Source: an uncultured Gemmatimonadales bacterium (GTDB lineage: Bacteria > Gemmatimonadota > Gemmatimonadetes > Gemmatimonadales > GWC2-71-9). Taken from it: 64,000 nt of DNA. Below, piece after piece: positions 12,610-21,540 of the stretch. The notes beneath the pieces were generated by a model that had not been told where the DNA came from, did no database searches, and saw nothing but the letters and a program-made list of their open reading frames with translations. The translations under genes were made by a program, and so were the position numbers. Location: positions 1,024,001 to 1,088,000 of the forward strand of contig CAVVKJ010000010.1 of NCBI GenBank assembly GCA_963748815.1, in the 5' to 3' direction. Positions within the stretch are counted from its first letter, which is position 1. Each line of letters opens with the position of its first letter.

Positions 12610-13112
12610 GGACGTCGGGCGGCGTACTCGGGATGGGGAACCAGCTCGCCGTCGACCACGATTTCGCGGTCCCAGGGGAGGATGATGAACTTGTCGGTCT
12701 CGAAGGCGTGGAAGTCGGGCTGGTAGGGACCGGTCTTGAAGGAGACAGCGGTCCGGACCTCCGCCGGCTGGAGCAGGCGGACCTCGCTCAGCGCCACCTT
12801 CATCGTGCTGCCCGACTCACAGGTCTCGTCCACCACGAGGACGCGCCGCCCGCGGATCGTCGCCGGGGGGCCCGCCACCAGCACCGGTTCCTTGCGCGCG
12901 CTCTGCCGGGACACCACCATGGAGGCGAATTCCCGCTGGAGGATCGACGCGACGACCACGCCGGGCATGACGCCGGCCTTGGCGATGCCGAGGACGACCT
13001 CGGGATCGAACTCGCGGGCGACCTTCAGGGCCAGCGCTCGACAGACCTCCCCGAAGAAGGCCCAGTCGATTTCCATCACGTCGCGGGTGTCGGGAATCGC
13101 GGCTTTCGGCAT
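12606..13112 (-). CDS. Type I phosphoribosyltransferase family protein
   Basis: VLGIAKAG, PRPP loop RVLVVDETCESGSTM, C-terminal ILPW. Confidence 0.85.
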   Translation of the reverse strand: MPKAAIPDTRDVMEIDWAFFGEVCRALALKVAREFDPEVVLGIAKAGVMPGVVVASILQREFASMVVSRQSARKEPVLVAGPPATIRGRRVLVVDETCESGSTMKVALSEVRLLQPAEVRTAVSFKTGPYQPDFHAFETDKFIILPWDREIVVDGELVPHPEYAARRP

Positions 13113-13151
13113 GCTGGAAGCTACCCCCGCGCGACGGGGGGAGCAACCACG

Positions 13152-13180
13152 TTGCGACCCCCTGAAATCCGGGCTATCTT
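13152..13180 (+). promoter_or_regulatory. Putative sigma70 promoter
   Basis: TTGCGA-N17-TATCTT upstream of the TPR gene at 13238. Confidence 0.55.
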
Positions 13181-13237
13181 GCGAGGACACCACGACTTGA
13201 GTCCCTTCTCACCCCGCGTCAAGGATCCGTCGACCGT

Positions 13238-13681
13238 ATGAGCTTCTGGCGTCGGTTGCTCGGCAAGGGCCAGTCCTCCACGCTGCGGCCGCAGCGCCTC
13301 GATTACCTGAACGAGGCGCTCGCGCTCGAACGGCAGGGAGACTTCGAGGCGGCGCTCACCTCCTACCGGCTGGCGCTGCGCGACAACGCGCAGGATACCC
13401 GGATCCTCCAGAACATGGCCATCGCCTTCACCAAGACGGGCCAGCCCGACGAGGCGATCCGCCACTACCGGCGCGCCATCGAGCTGGACCCCACCCTGGT
13501 CGGGGCGCACTACGGCGTGGCGTTCCTGCTGCTGAAGCGTGGCGACGCGGGCCAGGCGACGGAACATCTCCGCGCCTTCCTGGCGCGGCCGCCCAAGGGA
13601 CCGGACGCCGACCGCTGGATCAAGCACGCCGAGGCCGCGCTCGACGAGGCGGAACGCGGCGGCGCAGGAGGCCCCGAGTGA
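13238..13681 (+). CDS. Tetratricopeptide repeat protein
   Basis: About three TPR repeats (GQPDEAIRHYRRAIELDP). Confidence 0.85.
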   Translation: MSFWRRLLGKGQSSTLRPQRLDYLNEALALERQGDFEAALTSYRLALRDNAQDTRILQNMAIAFTKTGQPDEAIRHYRRAIELDPTLVGAHYGVAFLLLKRGDAGQATEHLRAFLARPPKGPDADRWIKHAEAALDEAERGGAGGPE

Positions 13682-14385
13682 GGCTGCGGGCGGCGGTCCT
13701 GGTGGTCGTGGCGGTCGCGGCCTGCAGCGACATCAGCTCGAGCGACGACACGGTCATCGCCCTGCAGGTGACGGCGCCCCCGGGCGCGATCGTCGATGTG
13801 GGCGACACCGTGACCTACTCCGCCGTGGCCCTCAACCGAAACGGCGACGTCCTCCCGGTGGCCATCACCTGGTACACCCCCGACACGGCCACCATCGCCG
13901 TCGACAGCACCACCGGCGTGGTCCTCGGCAAGGCCCCCGGCCAGGGACGGGTGCGGGCCACCACCAGCGATCTCGTCTCCTCGTTGAACATCCTGACCGT
14001 CATCGCGTCGCCGGACACCCTGATCCTGGTCCCGCCGGACACCATCGTGATCGACACGCTGACGGCCACCGCCGCGCCCCTGCTGGCCCGGCTGGAATCG
14101 TTCAATCCCGTCGGGCCGATCGCCGGCCGGCTCATCGTGTACGACCTCATCGAGCCCCTGTTTGCCGACACCGCCAGCGCCACGGTGGTGTTCGGCAACG
14201 GCCAGCTCAGTGACAGCGGCGTCACCGGCAGCAACGGCGAGCCGACGGACACCGTGTTCCTGACGCGGAAGCCCACGCTGGCGGCTCCGGACAGCGTCAT
14301 CGTGGAAATCCGCGCGACTCGATACAAGGACAACCAGCCGGTGCCCGGATCGGGGCAGCGCTGGATCATTCGGTTCGGCCCATAG
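13678..14385 (+). CDS. Lipoprotein with Ig-like (Big_2-like) domain
   Basis: Lipobox VAAC; ITWYTPDTATIAVDSTTGVVLGKAPG Ig-like pattern. Confidence 0.7.
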   Translation: MRLRAAVLVVVAVAACSDISSSDDTVIALQVTAPPGAIVDVGDTVTYSAVALNRNGDVLPVAITWYTPDTATIAVDSTTGVVLGKAPGQGRVRATTSDLVSSLNILTVIASPDTLILVPPDTIVIDTLTATAAPLLARLESFNPVGPIAGRLIVYDLIEPLFADTASATVVFGNGQLSDSGVTGSNGEPTDTVFLTRKPTLAAPDSVIVEIRATRYKDNQPVPGSGQRWIIRFGP

Positions 14386-14406
14386 TCCAGCGCAATCGGA
14401 GGTCAC

Positions 14407-16224
14407 GTGAACACCGCCCCTCGCACCCTCACTGAACTCTTTTTCGGGGCCATGGAGCGCTCGGCCTCGCGCCCGGTCGCCCTGCGCGTCAAGCGGGACG
14501 GCACGTGGACGGACCTGAGCTTTGCCGACCTGCTCGGCCGGGTCCACGCCTTCAGTGTCGGCCTGCTGGAGCTCGGGGTCCGCCCGGGGGACCGGGTGGC
14601 GATCCTCTCGGAAAACCGGCCGGAATGGGCCATCACCGACTTCGCCTGTCTCGCCGCCCGCTGCGCGGACGTCCCGGTCTACCCCACGCTGCCCGCCCAC
14701 CAGATCGAGTACATCCTCCGCGACTCCGGCGCCGTGGCGGTCTGCTGCTCGTCCGCCGCGCAGCTCGGCAAGATTCTCGACATCCGGGAAAACCTCCCGG
14801 CCCTCAAGAGTGTCATCGTGTTCGACACGGAAGCGGCCACCTCCGGGGCGCTCTCCTTCGAGTCGGTCGTCGCGAAGGGCCAGGGGGCGCTCTCCAAGTA
14901 CCCCGCGTGGCGCACCGAGGCGCTGGCCGTGAAACCGGACGACCTGGCCACGCTCATCTATACCTCCGGCACCACCGGCGACCCCAAGGGGGTCATGCTC
15001 ACCCACGGGAACATCACGTCGGACGTGATGGCCGGCCTCGACGTCCTCGACCTCCGGCAGACCGACGAGTGCCTCTCCTTCCTCCCGCTCTCCCACATCT
15101 TCGAGCGGATGGCCGGCCACTACTGCATGACGCAGATGGGCGCCATCATCAACTACGCCACCAGCATCGAGAGCGTCCCCGTCGAGATGGGCGAACTCCG
15201 GCCGACCGTGGTCTGTTCGGTGCCGAGGCTCTACGAGAAGATCTACGCCCGGGTCCTCGAGAACGCGATGGCGGGATCGCCCCTCAAGCAGAAGATCTTC
15301 CTCTGGGCCAAGCGGATCGGTGAGGCGTGGGCCGAGCTGCACATCGAGGGCAAGTCGGTCCCCGTGGGGCTCGGCCTGCAGTACGCGGTGGCGCACAAGC
15401 TCGTCTTCTCGAAGCTGGTGGCGCGGGTCGGGGGCCGGCTCCGGTTCTTCGTGTCGGGCGGCGCGCCGCTCTCGGCCGACATCGCGCGGTTCTTCTACGC
15501 GGCCGGGCTGCCGATCATGGAAGGCTACGGGCTCACCGAGACGTCGCCGGTCATCACCGTCAACGGCTTCGGGCGCTCGCGGTTCGGCACTGTCGGCAAG
15601 GTGGTGCCGGGCGTGGAGGTGAAGATCGCGGCCGACGGGGAGATCCTGACGCGCGGCCCCAATGTGATGAAGGGGTACTACAACAAGCCGGACGCCACCG
15701 CAGAAGTGCTCAGCGCCGATGGCTGGTTCAGCACCGGCGACATCGGGGAAATCGACGCCGACGGGTACTTGAAGATCACCGACCGGAAGAAGGACATCAT
15801 CGTCACCGCGGGCGGCAAGAACATCGCGCCCCAGCCGATCGAGAACCTCGTCAAGACGAACCCGATGGTGCTGAGCGCCGTGATGATCGGCGACAAGCGC
15901 AAGTACCCGATCATGCTCGTCGTGCCCAACATGGATGTGGTGCGGAAATGGGCGGAGTCGGAGGGGATGGCGGGGCGCACCGACCAGGCGCTGCTGAGCG
16001 ACATCGTGGTGCACAACAAGCTGACCGGGGAAATCAAGAAGACGCTGCGCGACCTGGCGCAGTACGAGATGCCCAAGAAGTTCCTCATCCTCGACCGGGA
16101 CTTCAGCATCGAAGCCGGCGAACTGACCCCCACGCTGAAGGTGAAGCGCCGGGTGGTCGAGAAGCTCCACCAGGAACGGATCGAGGAGCTCTTCGCGGCG
16201 GGCGGCGTGGAAACCGTGTATTAG
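14407..16224 (+). CDS. fadD: Long-chain fatty acid-CoA ligase
   Basis: IYTSGTTGDPKG, EGYGLTE, TGDIG, ITDRKKD, TPTLKVKR motifs. Confidence 0.93.
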   Translation: MNTAPRTLTELFFGAMERSASRPVALRVKRDGTWTDLSFADLLGRVHAFSVGLLELGVRPGDRVAILSENRPEWAITDFACLAARCADVPVYPTLPAHQIEYILRDSGAVAVCCSSAAQLGKILDIRENLPALKSVIVFDTEAATSGALSFESVVAKGQGALSKYPAWRTEALAVKPDDLATLIYTSGTTGDPKGVMLTHGNITSDVMAGLDVLDLRQTDECLSFLPLSHIFERMAGHYCMTQMGAIINYATSIESVPVEMGELRPTVVCSVPRLYEKIYARVLENAMAGSPLKQKIFLWAKRIGEAWAELHIEGKSVPVGLGLQYAVAHKLVFSKLVARVGGRLRFFVSGGAPLSADIARFFYAAGLPIMEGYGLTETSPVITVNGFGRSRFGTVGKVVPGVEVKIAADGEILTRGPNVMKGYYNKPDATAEVLSADGWFSTGDIGEIDADGYLKITDRKKDIIVTAGGKNIAPQPIENLVKTNPMVLSAVMIGDKRKYPIMLVVPNMDVVRKWAESEGMAGRTDQALLSDIVVHNKLTGEIKKTLRDLAQYEMPKKFLILDRDFSIEAGELTPTLKVKRRVVEKLHQERIEELFAAGGVETVY

Positions 16225-16811
16225 ACGGGTCGCGTCCGCGCCACCCAGACCCCGTCCGCGCTGGCGAGCACCTCGAGCTCGGGCGCCGACGGGGTCTCGC
16301 TTTCTCCCACGACCCGCAATCCCGGCAGCAGGCAGCGCACCGCCTCCCGCACCCAGCCGGTCTCCGACGCGAATCCGGGCCCCAGCACCACCCCCCGCAG
16401 GTGGCGGTCCTTGACCGGGAGTCCCGACGCCTGCGCCAGGCTCACGCCGCGGCCACCCGGGACGCCCGGCGGGGGATTCACGCCGAGCACGTGGATGCCC
16501 TCCGCCTCCGCCGCGAAGGCCGACCACCCCTCCACCGCCCCTCCGACCATCGCCACGTAGCCCCCCGGACCCCCGAGCCCCAGCAGGGCGGCCATCGCGG
16601 GACCGGTCAGGCGTGCAGACCGCGTCACGGTCGCCGGCGCGCCGACGAACTCGGCCACCCCCTCGCGAACGGGATACACCCGGCCGCACTCCATGCACCC
16701 GAGCTGTCCGGTCCGGACCTGGCGATCGACCACGCCGTCCGGCAGGAGCACGAGGACGTTCTGCTCGTGATCCGCGGGGCAGCGCAGGATGTCGGTGAGT
16801 TCGATGAACAT
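16221..16811 (-). CDS. Trm112-like zinc-binding N-terminus plus degenerate methyltransferase-like domain
   Basis: LTDILRCP...LGCMECGRVYPVREGV resembles Trm112/YcaR. C-terminal LPVKDRHLRGVV...EAVRCLLPGLRVV resembles late class I MTase motifs. Confidence 0.6.
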   Translation of the reverse strand: MFIELTDILRCPADHEQNVLVLLPDGVVDRQVRTGQLGCMECGRVYPVREGVAEFVGAPATVTRSARLTGPAMAALLGLGGPGGYVAMVGGAVEGWSAFAAEAEGIHVLGVNPPPGVPGGRGVSLAQASGLPVKDRHLRGVVLGPGFASETGWVREAVRCLLPGLRVVGESETPSAPELEVLASADGVWVARTRPV

Positions 16812-16813
16812 CG

Positions 16814-18415
16814 CTACGGTCGGAAGACCACCCAGGTCAGCTTGCCTTCCTCGACGGTGACCGTACGGAAGACTTTGCGTCCGCCGATCTCGGTCCCGAC
16901 GAGGTAGGTGCCCGGTGGCACGTCGCCCACGGCAAAGTTTTCGCCGTAGAGCGGATGGGAGTGGTTCCGTGGGCCGTAGGTCTCGGCGAACGAGTAGGGC
17001 GTCTCCGCCGGCTCCGGCTTGATGATGCCGTAGATTCGCGCCTGCTCGACGAGACGCCCGTCGTCGTCGAGGACCTGCCCCGCCACGATGCCGGTCCCGG
17101 GAAGCGGCTGGATCCACAGTTCCGGGTTGGTCGTGTACTGCGGGTAGCGCTGCAGCGAATCCACGATCAACTGCACATCCTCCACCGGGGAGACGTGCAC
17201 CTCGAGATGGAGATGGTCGTTCGTGGCCCGGCCGGTGTTCCCGACCTCGCTGATGATCTCGCCGGCCGCCACCCGCTGCCCCAGCGAGACCTTCAGCGCG
17301 GAATTATGGTAGTACACCGAGTAGAGGAACTTCGTTCCGTCCGCCTTGAGCAGCGAATCGTGCCGGATGGCCACCGTCAGCGCGCCGGCCTCGGCGGGCC
17401 CGGCATACACCACCACACCACTGCCGATGGCGTGCACGGGGGTGCCGTCGGGATTGTTGAACTCGACCCCCTGGTGCGGCTGGAAGTTGCCACCCATCGT
17501 CGAGCCGTACCGGTAGGTCTGGTCGATGTAGCTGTTGTCGGCCAGCGAAATCGGACGCTCGAACCAGGTGCTCTTCGGGGCGGCGGGCGCCTCCGCGGGG
17601 CGGGCCAGGCGGCCGGCGCGCTCGTAGCAGGGGGTCGTATCGCTCACCTCGCGAATGCCGCAGAGCGTTCCCTTCCAGTTGTCGAGACGTGCGAGGGGCG
17701 GGAACCCGGCGTAGCCACGCTGGCTGATCGAGATGGTGCCGTCGGCGCTCACCGACAAGGCCACCGAGCCGGCGAGCGTCGAGAGGAGGATCCCGGTGCG
17801 GGAACGGGTGATCCGGCGGATATACTCGTTCGGAAGGACCGTGAGTGCGCTGTCGGCCGGCCCGCGCGCCGCCGGGCCGGTGGCGTCCACGTAGGCGGTC
17901 CAGTGTTCCCCGACGTCGCGGGTCATCTGGAGTCCGTCCGCGGTGCCGACCCACACCGTCTCGCCCCGCACCACGATGCCGGCCGGGGCGACGTACTGCC
18001 ACTCGGGGCCGAGTTCGCGCAGGGTCCAGTTGCGCCAGCTCCGGCCCCCATCCTTCGAGACGCCCCAGCCGTTCCCAACCGTCCCGTACCAGACCTCGCC
18101 GCGCGCGCCGAACGCAATCGACGCCACGAAGTCCCACGAGAGCGACTCGGGCGTGGTGTCGCTGCGGATCTGCTCCCAGGCGACCCCGCCGGCCGGCAGG
18201 ACGTAGATGCCCCGCCCGTAGGTCCCCGCCCAGATGCCGCCGGACGGATCGCGGGCCAGGGTGAGGACGTGGACGCCCCACCCCGTCGTGTCGGGGAGCG
18301 GAGGGAGCGAGGACTGCGCGGCGAGGGACGCCGGCGCGAGGGCGAGGCTGAGCACCATCCAACGACCGAGCTTCATGGCGCGCACCAGGGTGGAGGGGAC
18401 AGGAAAACGTGTCAT
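16814..18415 (-). CDS. Secreted M23 family peptidase with N-terminal beta-propeller-like region
   Basis: HQGVEF and HLHLEV M23 motifs, signal peptide, propeller repeats (WAGTYGRG, SKDGGRSW). True start may be ATG 18376. Confidence 0.85.
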   Translation of the reverse strand: MTRFPVPSTLVRAMKLGRWMVLSLALAPASLAAQSSLPPLPDTTGWGVHVLTLARDPSGGIWAGTYGRGIYVLPAGGVAWEQIRSDTTPESLSWDFVASIAFGARGEVWYGTVGNGWGVSKDGGRSWRNWTLRELGPEWQYVAPAGIVVRGETVWVGTADGLQMTRDVGEHWTAYVDATGPAARGPADSALTVLPNEYIRRITRSRTGILLSTLAGSVALSVSADGTISISQRGYAGFPPLARLDNWKGTLCGIREVSDTTPCYERAGRLARPAEAPAAPKSTWFERPISLADNSYIDQTYRYGSTMGGNFQPHQGVEFNNPDGTPVHAIGSGVVVYAGPAEAGALTVAIRHDSLLKADGTKFLYSVYYHNSALKVSLGQRVAAGEIISEVGNTGRATNDHLHLEVHVSPVEDVQLIVDSLQRYPQYTTNPELWIQPLPGTGIVAGQVLDDDGRLVEQARIYGIIKPEPAETPYSFAETYGPRNHSHPLYGENFAVGDVPPGTYLVGTEIGGRKVFRTVTVEEGKLTWVVFRP

Positions 18416-19107
18416 GCCGGGCCGAGCCGGAGCCAGTCCACCTGCACGTGGGGCGGCCGAGTGGCGGCGAAGACGATGGCGGCCGCGACGTCTCCGGGGC
18501 GGAGCATCCTGGCGCGCGGGGTGAACCCCTCGCGCGAGTCGGGGTCGACGGCGTCCCAGGCCGCCGTATCGGTGGGCCCTGGCGAGACCAGCGTGAAGCG
18601 GACACCGGTGCCGCGGTGCTCGGCGAGCAGGGTCTCGTGCAGCCCGCGGACGCCGTACTTGGCCGCGGCATAGGCGGCGTTCCCCGGGAACCCGTTGTGG
18701 TCGGCGATGGAGCCGACCGTCACCACGAGCCCGCCGGCGCCCTTCCGCATCATCGGCACGAACGCCCTGGCCACCAGCCAGGGGCCGCGAAGGTTGGCGG
18801 CCAGCTGGGCGTCGAAGTCCGCGATGGAGGTCTCTTCGAAGGGCGCCAGGTGGAAGGCGCCCGCGTTGTTCACGACGATGTCGGGCGCGCCCCATTCCGT
18901 GTGGACCAGGTCGGCGGTCGCCTGCACCTGCGCCGCGTCGGTCACGTCGCACCGCAGGTCGAGGGCGTCCTTGCCGTGGCGGGGGACAAGGGTGCGCGAC
19001 ATCCGCACCACCCGTGCGCCCTCCCCGGCGAGGAGGTCGGCCGTGGCGGCACCGATGCCTCGCGAGGCCCCGGTCACCACCGCGATCCGGCCCCGAAGCG
19101 CGCTCAC
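18412..19107 (-). CDS. Short-chain dehydrogenase/reductase (candidate sepiapterin-reductase-like)
   Basis: [20 protein letters not shown] start overlaps the folE stop. Confidence 0.88.
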   Translation of the reverse strand: MSALRGRIAVVTGASRGIGAATADLLAGEGARVVRMSRTLVPRHGKDALDLRCDVTDAAQVQATADLVHTEWGAPDIVVNNAGAFHLAPFEETSIADFDAQLAANLRGPWLVARAFVPMMRKGAGGLVVTVGSIADHNGFPGNAAYAAAKYGVRGLHETLLAEHRGTGVRFTLVSPGPTDTAAWDAVDPDSREGFTPRARMLRPGDVAAAIVFAATRPPHVQVDWLRLGPA

Positions 19108-19694
19108 TCCGATTCCGCCCCGGTCCCGTGCGCCAGCCGGAGGAATTCGGCGCGGGTCTTCGAGTCGCTGGTGAAGATCCCGCGGAGCGCGCTCGTGACG
19201 GTGCGCGAGCGCTGCTTCTCGACGCCCCGCATCATCATGCAGAGATGGGACGCCTCGATCACGACCCCGACGCCCCGCGGGGCGACGACTTCCATGATGG
19301 CGTTCGCGACCTGGTCGGTGAGCCGCTCCTGGACCTGGAGCCGGCGCGCGAAGACGTCGACGATCCGGGGGAGCTTCGACAGGCCGAGGATCCGACCGTC
19401 GGGAATGTACGCCACGTGGGCGACGCCGAAGAAGGGCAGCAGGTGGTGCTCGCAGAGCGAATAGAACTCGATGTCGCGCACCAGGATCATGCTGTCGTGC
19501 TCCTCCTCGAAGAGCGCGTCGCCGACGGCGTCCTGGACCGTGAGCTGGTAGCCCCGCGTGAGCCATCGCAGCGATGCCTCGACCCGCTCCGGGGTCTTGA
19601 CGAGCCCCTGGCGCTCGGGGTCCTCGCCGAGCCCGGCGAGCAGCTCCCGGACGAGCGGGGCGAGTGGTGTCTCAGCCACCGGTGTACTCGACAT
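19104..19694 (-). CDS. folE: GTP cyclohydrolase I
   Basis: [37 protein letters not shown]. Confidence 0.97.
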   Translation of the reverse strand: MSSTPVAETPLAPLVRELLAGLGEDPERQGLVKTPERVEASLRWLTRGYQLTVQDAVGDALFEEEHDSMILVRDIEFYSLCEHHLLPFFGVAHVAYIPDGRILGLSKLPRIVDVFARRLQVQERLTDQVANAIMEVVAPRGVGVVIEASHLCMMMRGVEKQRSRTVTSALRGIFTSDSKTRAEFLRLAHGTGAESE

Positions 19695-20085
19695 AATTCC
19701 TCGGGGTTTCCCAGAGCCGGATCCGGTGCAGCGTCGCGGCGGGGAGGACGGGGGCGATGGCCTCCCAGCAGAACACCGCGATGTTCTCCGCGGACGGGAT
19801 GTGGTCGCGAAAGTACGGCACGTCGAGGTTCAGGTTGCGATGGTCGAGCACGGCATGGACATGCCGGTCCACGAGTTCCTTCAGGACGGCGATGTCGAGC
19901 ACGTAGCCGGTCTTCGGGTCGATCGGCCCCGCGACCGTCACCTCAAGCTCGTAATTGTGCCCGTGATAGTTGGGGTTGTTGCACGGGCCGAAGGTGGCGC
20001 GGTTCCACGCGTCCGATTCGGCGGGGTTGTGCAGGCGGTGGGCCGCATTGAAATGGACCCGCCGGGTCACGGCGCAAGACGGCAT
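19672..20085 (-). CDS. 6-pyruvoyl-tetrahydropterin synthase (COG0720/QueD family, PTPS-II type)
   Basis: [18 protein letters not shown] (C-x5-HGH), LDHRNLN, ENIA, WETPRN. Confidence 0.9.
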   Translation of the reverse strand: MPSCAVTRRVHFNAAHRLHNPAESDAWNRATFGPCNNPNYHGHNYELEVTVAGPIDPKTGYVLDIAVLKELVDRHVHAVLDHRNLNLDVPYFRDHIPSAENIAVFCWEAIAPVLPAATLHRIRLWETPRNYVEYTGG

Positions 20086-20101
20086 CGGGAGCCCCGATTG
20101 G

Positions 20102-20135
20102 AGAAGCACAAAGCGCCGACGAGTCGCGTCGGCGC
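20102..20135 (-). terminator. Intrinsic terminator between the ncRNA and the PTPS gene
   Basis: Perfect 9-bp stem GCGCCGACG/CGTCGGCGC (20113-20135), 5-nt loop, then UUUGUGCUU on the minus strand. Confidence 0.65.
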
Positions 20136-20139
20136 CAGG

Positions 20140-20303
20140 AATCGGACGGTGGTGGAGAGGGTGTCTTGAAGCCCGAAAGAAAGTTGCGGTATCCTCGCCC
20201 TGGCGTCTGTCTTCCCCCGAGGGGCATGGCATCAGCCCGAGTATGCGGACCCTATCTACGGACCTGTTGGCTCAAGCACATGGTTCCCCACCACCGCCCG
20301 ACA
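20140..20303 (-). ncRNA. ssrS: Probable 6S RNA
   Basis: The ends pair into a long closing stem (CGGGCGGUGGUGGGGA with UCUCCACCACCGUCCG), whose G-U pairs favour the minus strand. CUUGAGCC/GGCUUCAAG flanks a central bubble as in 6S RNA. It has its own promoter and terminator. Confidence 0.75.
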
Positions 20304-20308
20304 CTGCT

Positions 20309-20337
20309 AAGATACGGAACGGTTCCAACCCCGTCAA
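20309..20337 (-). promoter_or_regulatory. Sigma70 promoter of the ncRNA
   Basis: TTGACG-N17-TATCTT, placing +1 at about 20302-20303, next to the start of the closing stem. Confidence 0.75.
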
Positions 20338-20358
20338 CAACGACGCCGGAGCGCGCCC

Positions 20359-20525
20359 ATGTCGTCCCGTATCTCGCTGGTGCTGGCCCTCGCGGCCTTC
20401 CTGCTCTGGTACGTCCTGCTGATCCCGGTCGGCGTCCAGGCGGGGGCGGTCCACCTGCTCCTGGCGACCGGGGTCGTGCTGCTGGTGCGCTGGTGGGCGC
20501 TCAGGCCAGAGGCCGACCAGACTAG
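20359..20525 (+). CDS. Possible small two-TM membrane protein (3' end uncertain)
   Basis: GGAG upstream; hydrophobic MSSRISLVLALAAFLLWYVLLIPVGVQAGAVHLLLATGVVLLVRWW. The frame stays open to 21030 antisense to the GNAT gene; the end given is a nearby out-of-frame TAG. Confidence 0.4.
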
Positions 20526-20577
20526 CTCACGGGAAGGCGCGAAGACAGCAGGGGCTCACACGGACCGGCAAGTAAAT

Positions 20578-21540
20578 TCAGATTTCCCAATTGGAAAAGA
20601 GCACTCCCGAGACCGGCGGCTCGGGAAACCCGCCCAGCGTCATCCGCAGGTCGGTCCAGTGGGCCTGCCAGCCCGCGCTGACCAGCGACTGATACGCCTC
20701 CCCCTGCCCCGCCTGACAGCGAACGGTGACCCGCTCCACCCCCTCCTCCTCTGCCACCGACTCCACCCCGGCGAGGACGGACTGCATCGCCGGCACATCC
20801 GCCGCCACCAGTTTCAGCACCCGCAAGTCCTCCCGCGGCCGCCCTTCGGCGAGCGGGGCGGCGTGCCAGAGGGCGTACGCCGCCAGCGCGCCGTCGCGGC
20901 GAAAGAGGGTGGTATCGCCGACGCCCAATTCTTCGGTGAGGCGGATCTCCCGCTCGAAATCCAGGCCGGCGGCCACCGACCCGGTCAGGGCGGCACACTC
21001 CGCGACGGCGTCTGCCGCCCCGTCACGTGAGAGCCGGGTGCAGCCGATGGTCGGGCCCGCTTCCGGCGGGCGCGCCAGCGTGATCGTCAGCGGGCCAGGC
21101 AGGAAACCCAGCCGGCTGTAGAAACCGATGTTCTCGACGGTGCGAGGCATCGTCTCCAGCCCGATGGTCCGCGCCGACTGCGACTTGAGCCAGTCCACGC
21201 CGGCGAGGACGAGGACCTTGCCGAGGCCCTCACCCTGGCGGTCGGGACGGACCGCGAGCGGCCCCATCCACCCCTCGGTGCCGGAGCGGTGCGCGAGATT
21301 GAATCCCACGATGTCCCCGGCGCGGTCGCGCCAGAGCATGGCGCCCTTTCCGGCCGACTCGAGGGCGAAGCGCCAGACATCCTGGTTCAGAAACGGGACC
21401 CGCACCCCCGGCATACCGTCTCGGCGGTACCGGTCGGTGAAGGCGTTGGAGAAGATGCGGTTGAGGGGCTCGATATCGTCGAGGGTGGGTCGTTCCGGTC
21501 CGCGCACCCCCTTGTCACGCCGCCACATCGCGGCCTCCAC
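20578..21540 (-). CDS. GNAT family N-acetyltransferase (two-domain)
   Basis: MGPLAVRPDRQGEGLGKVL (acetyl-CoA motif A), NIGFYSRLGF. Confidence 0.85.
   Translation of the reverse strand: MEAAMWRRDKGVRGPERPTLDDIEPLNRIFSNAFTDRYRRDGMPGVRVPFLNQDVWRFALESAGKGAMLWRDRAGDIVGFNLAHRSGTEGWMGPLAVRPDRQGEGLGKVLVLAGVDWLKSQSARTIGLETMPRTVENIGFYSRLGFLPGPLTITLARPPEAGPTIGCTRLSRDGAADAVAECAALTGSVAAGLDFEREIRLTEELGVGDTTLFRRDGALAAYALWHAAPLAEGRPREDLRVLKLVAADVPAMQSVLAGVESVAEEEGVERVTVRCQAGQGEAYQSLVSAGWQAHWTDLRMTLGGFPEPPVSGVLFSNWEI

Noticed and set aside
13510..16698. 1062-aa minus-strand ORF, and similar long ORFs at 5697-8585, 32419-35685, 21128-23170 and 26872-28875
   Set aside because: These are antisense shadows of well-supported genes, expected from high-GC codon bias, and contain no motifs.
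19672..20085. QueD for queuosine synthesis with a preQ1 riboswitch
   Set aside because: The motif is C-x5-HGH rather than C-x3-HGH, no que genes are adjacent, and the upstream RNA has no preQ1 features.
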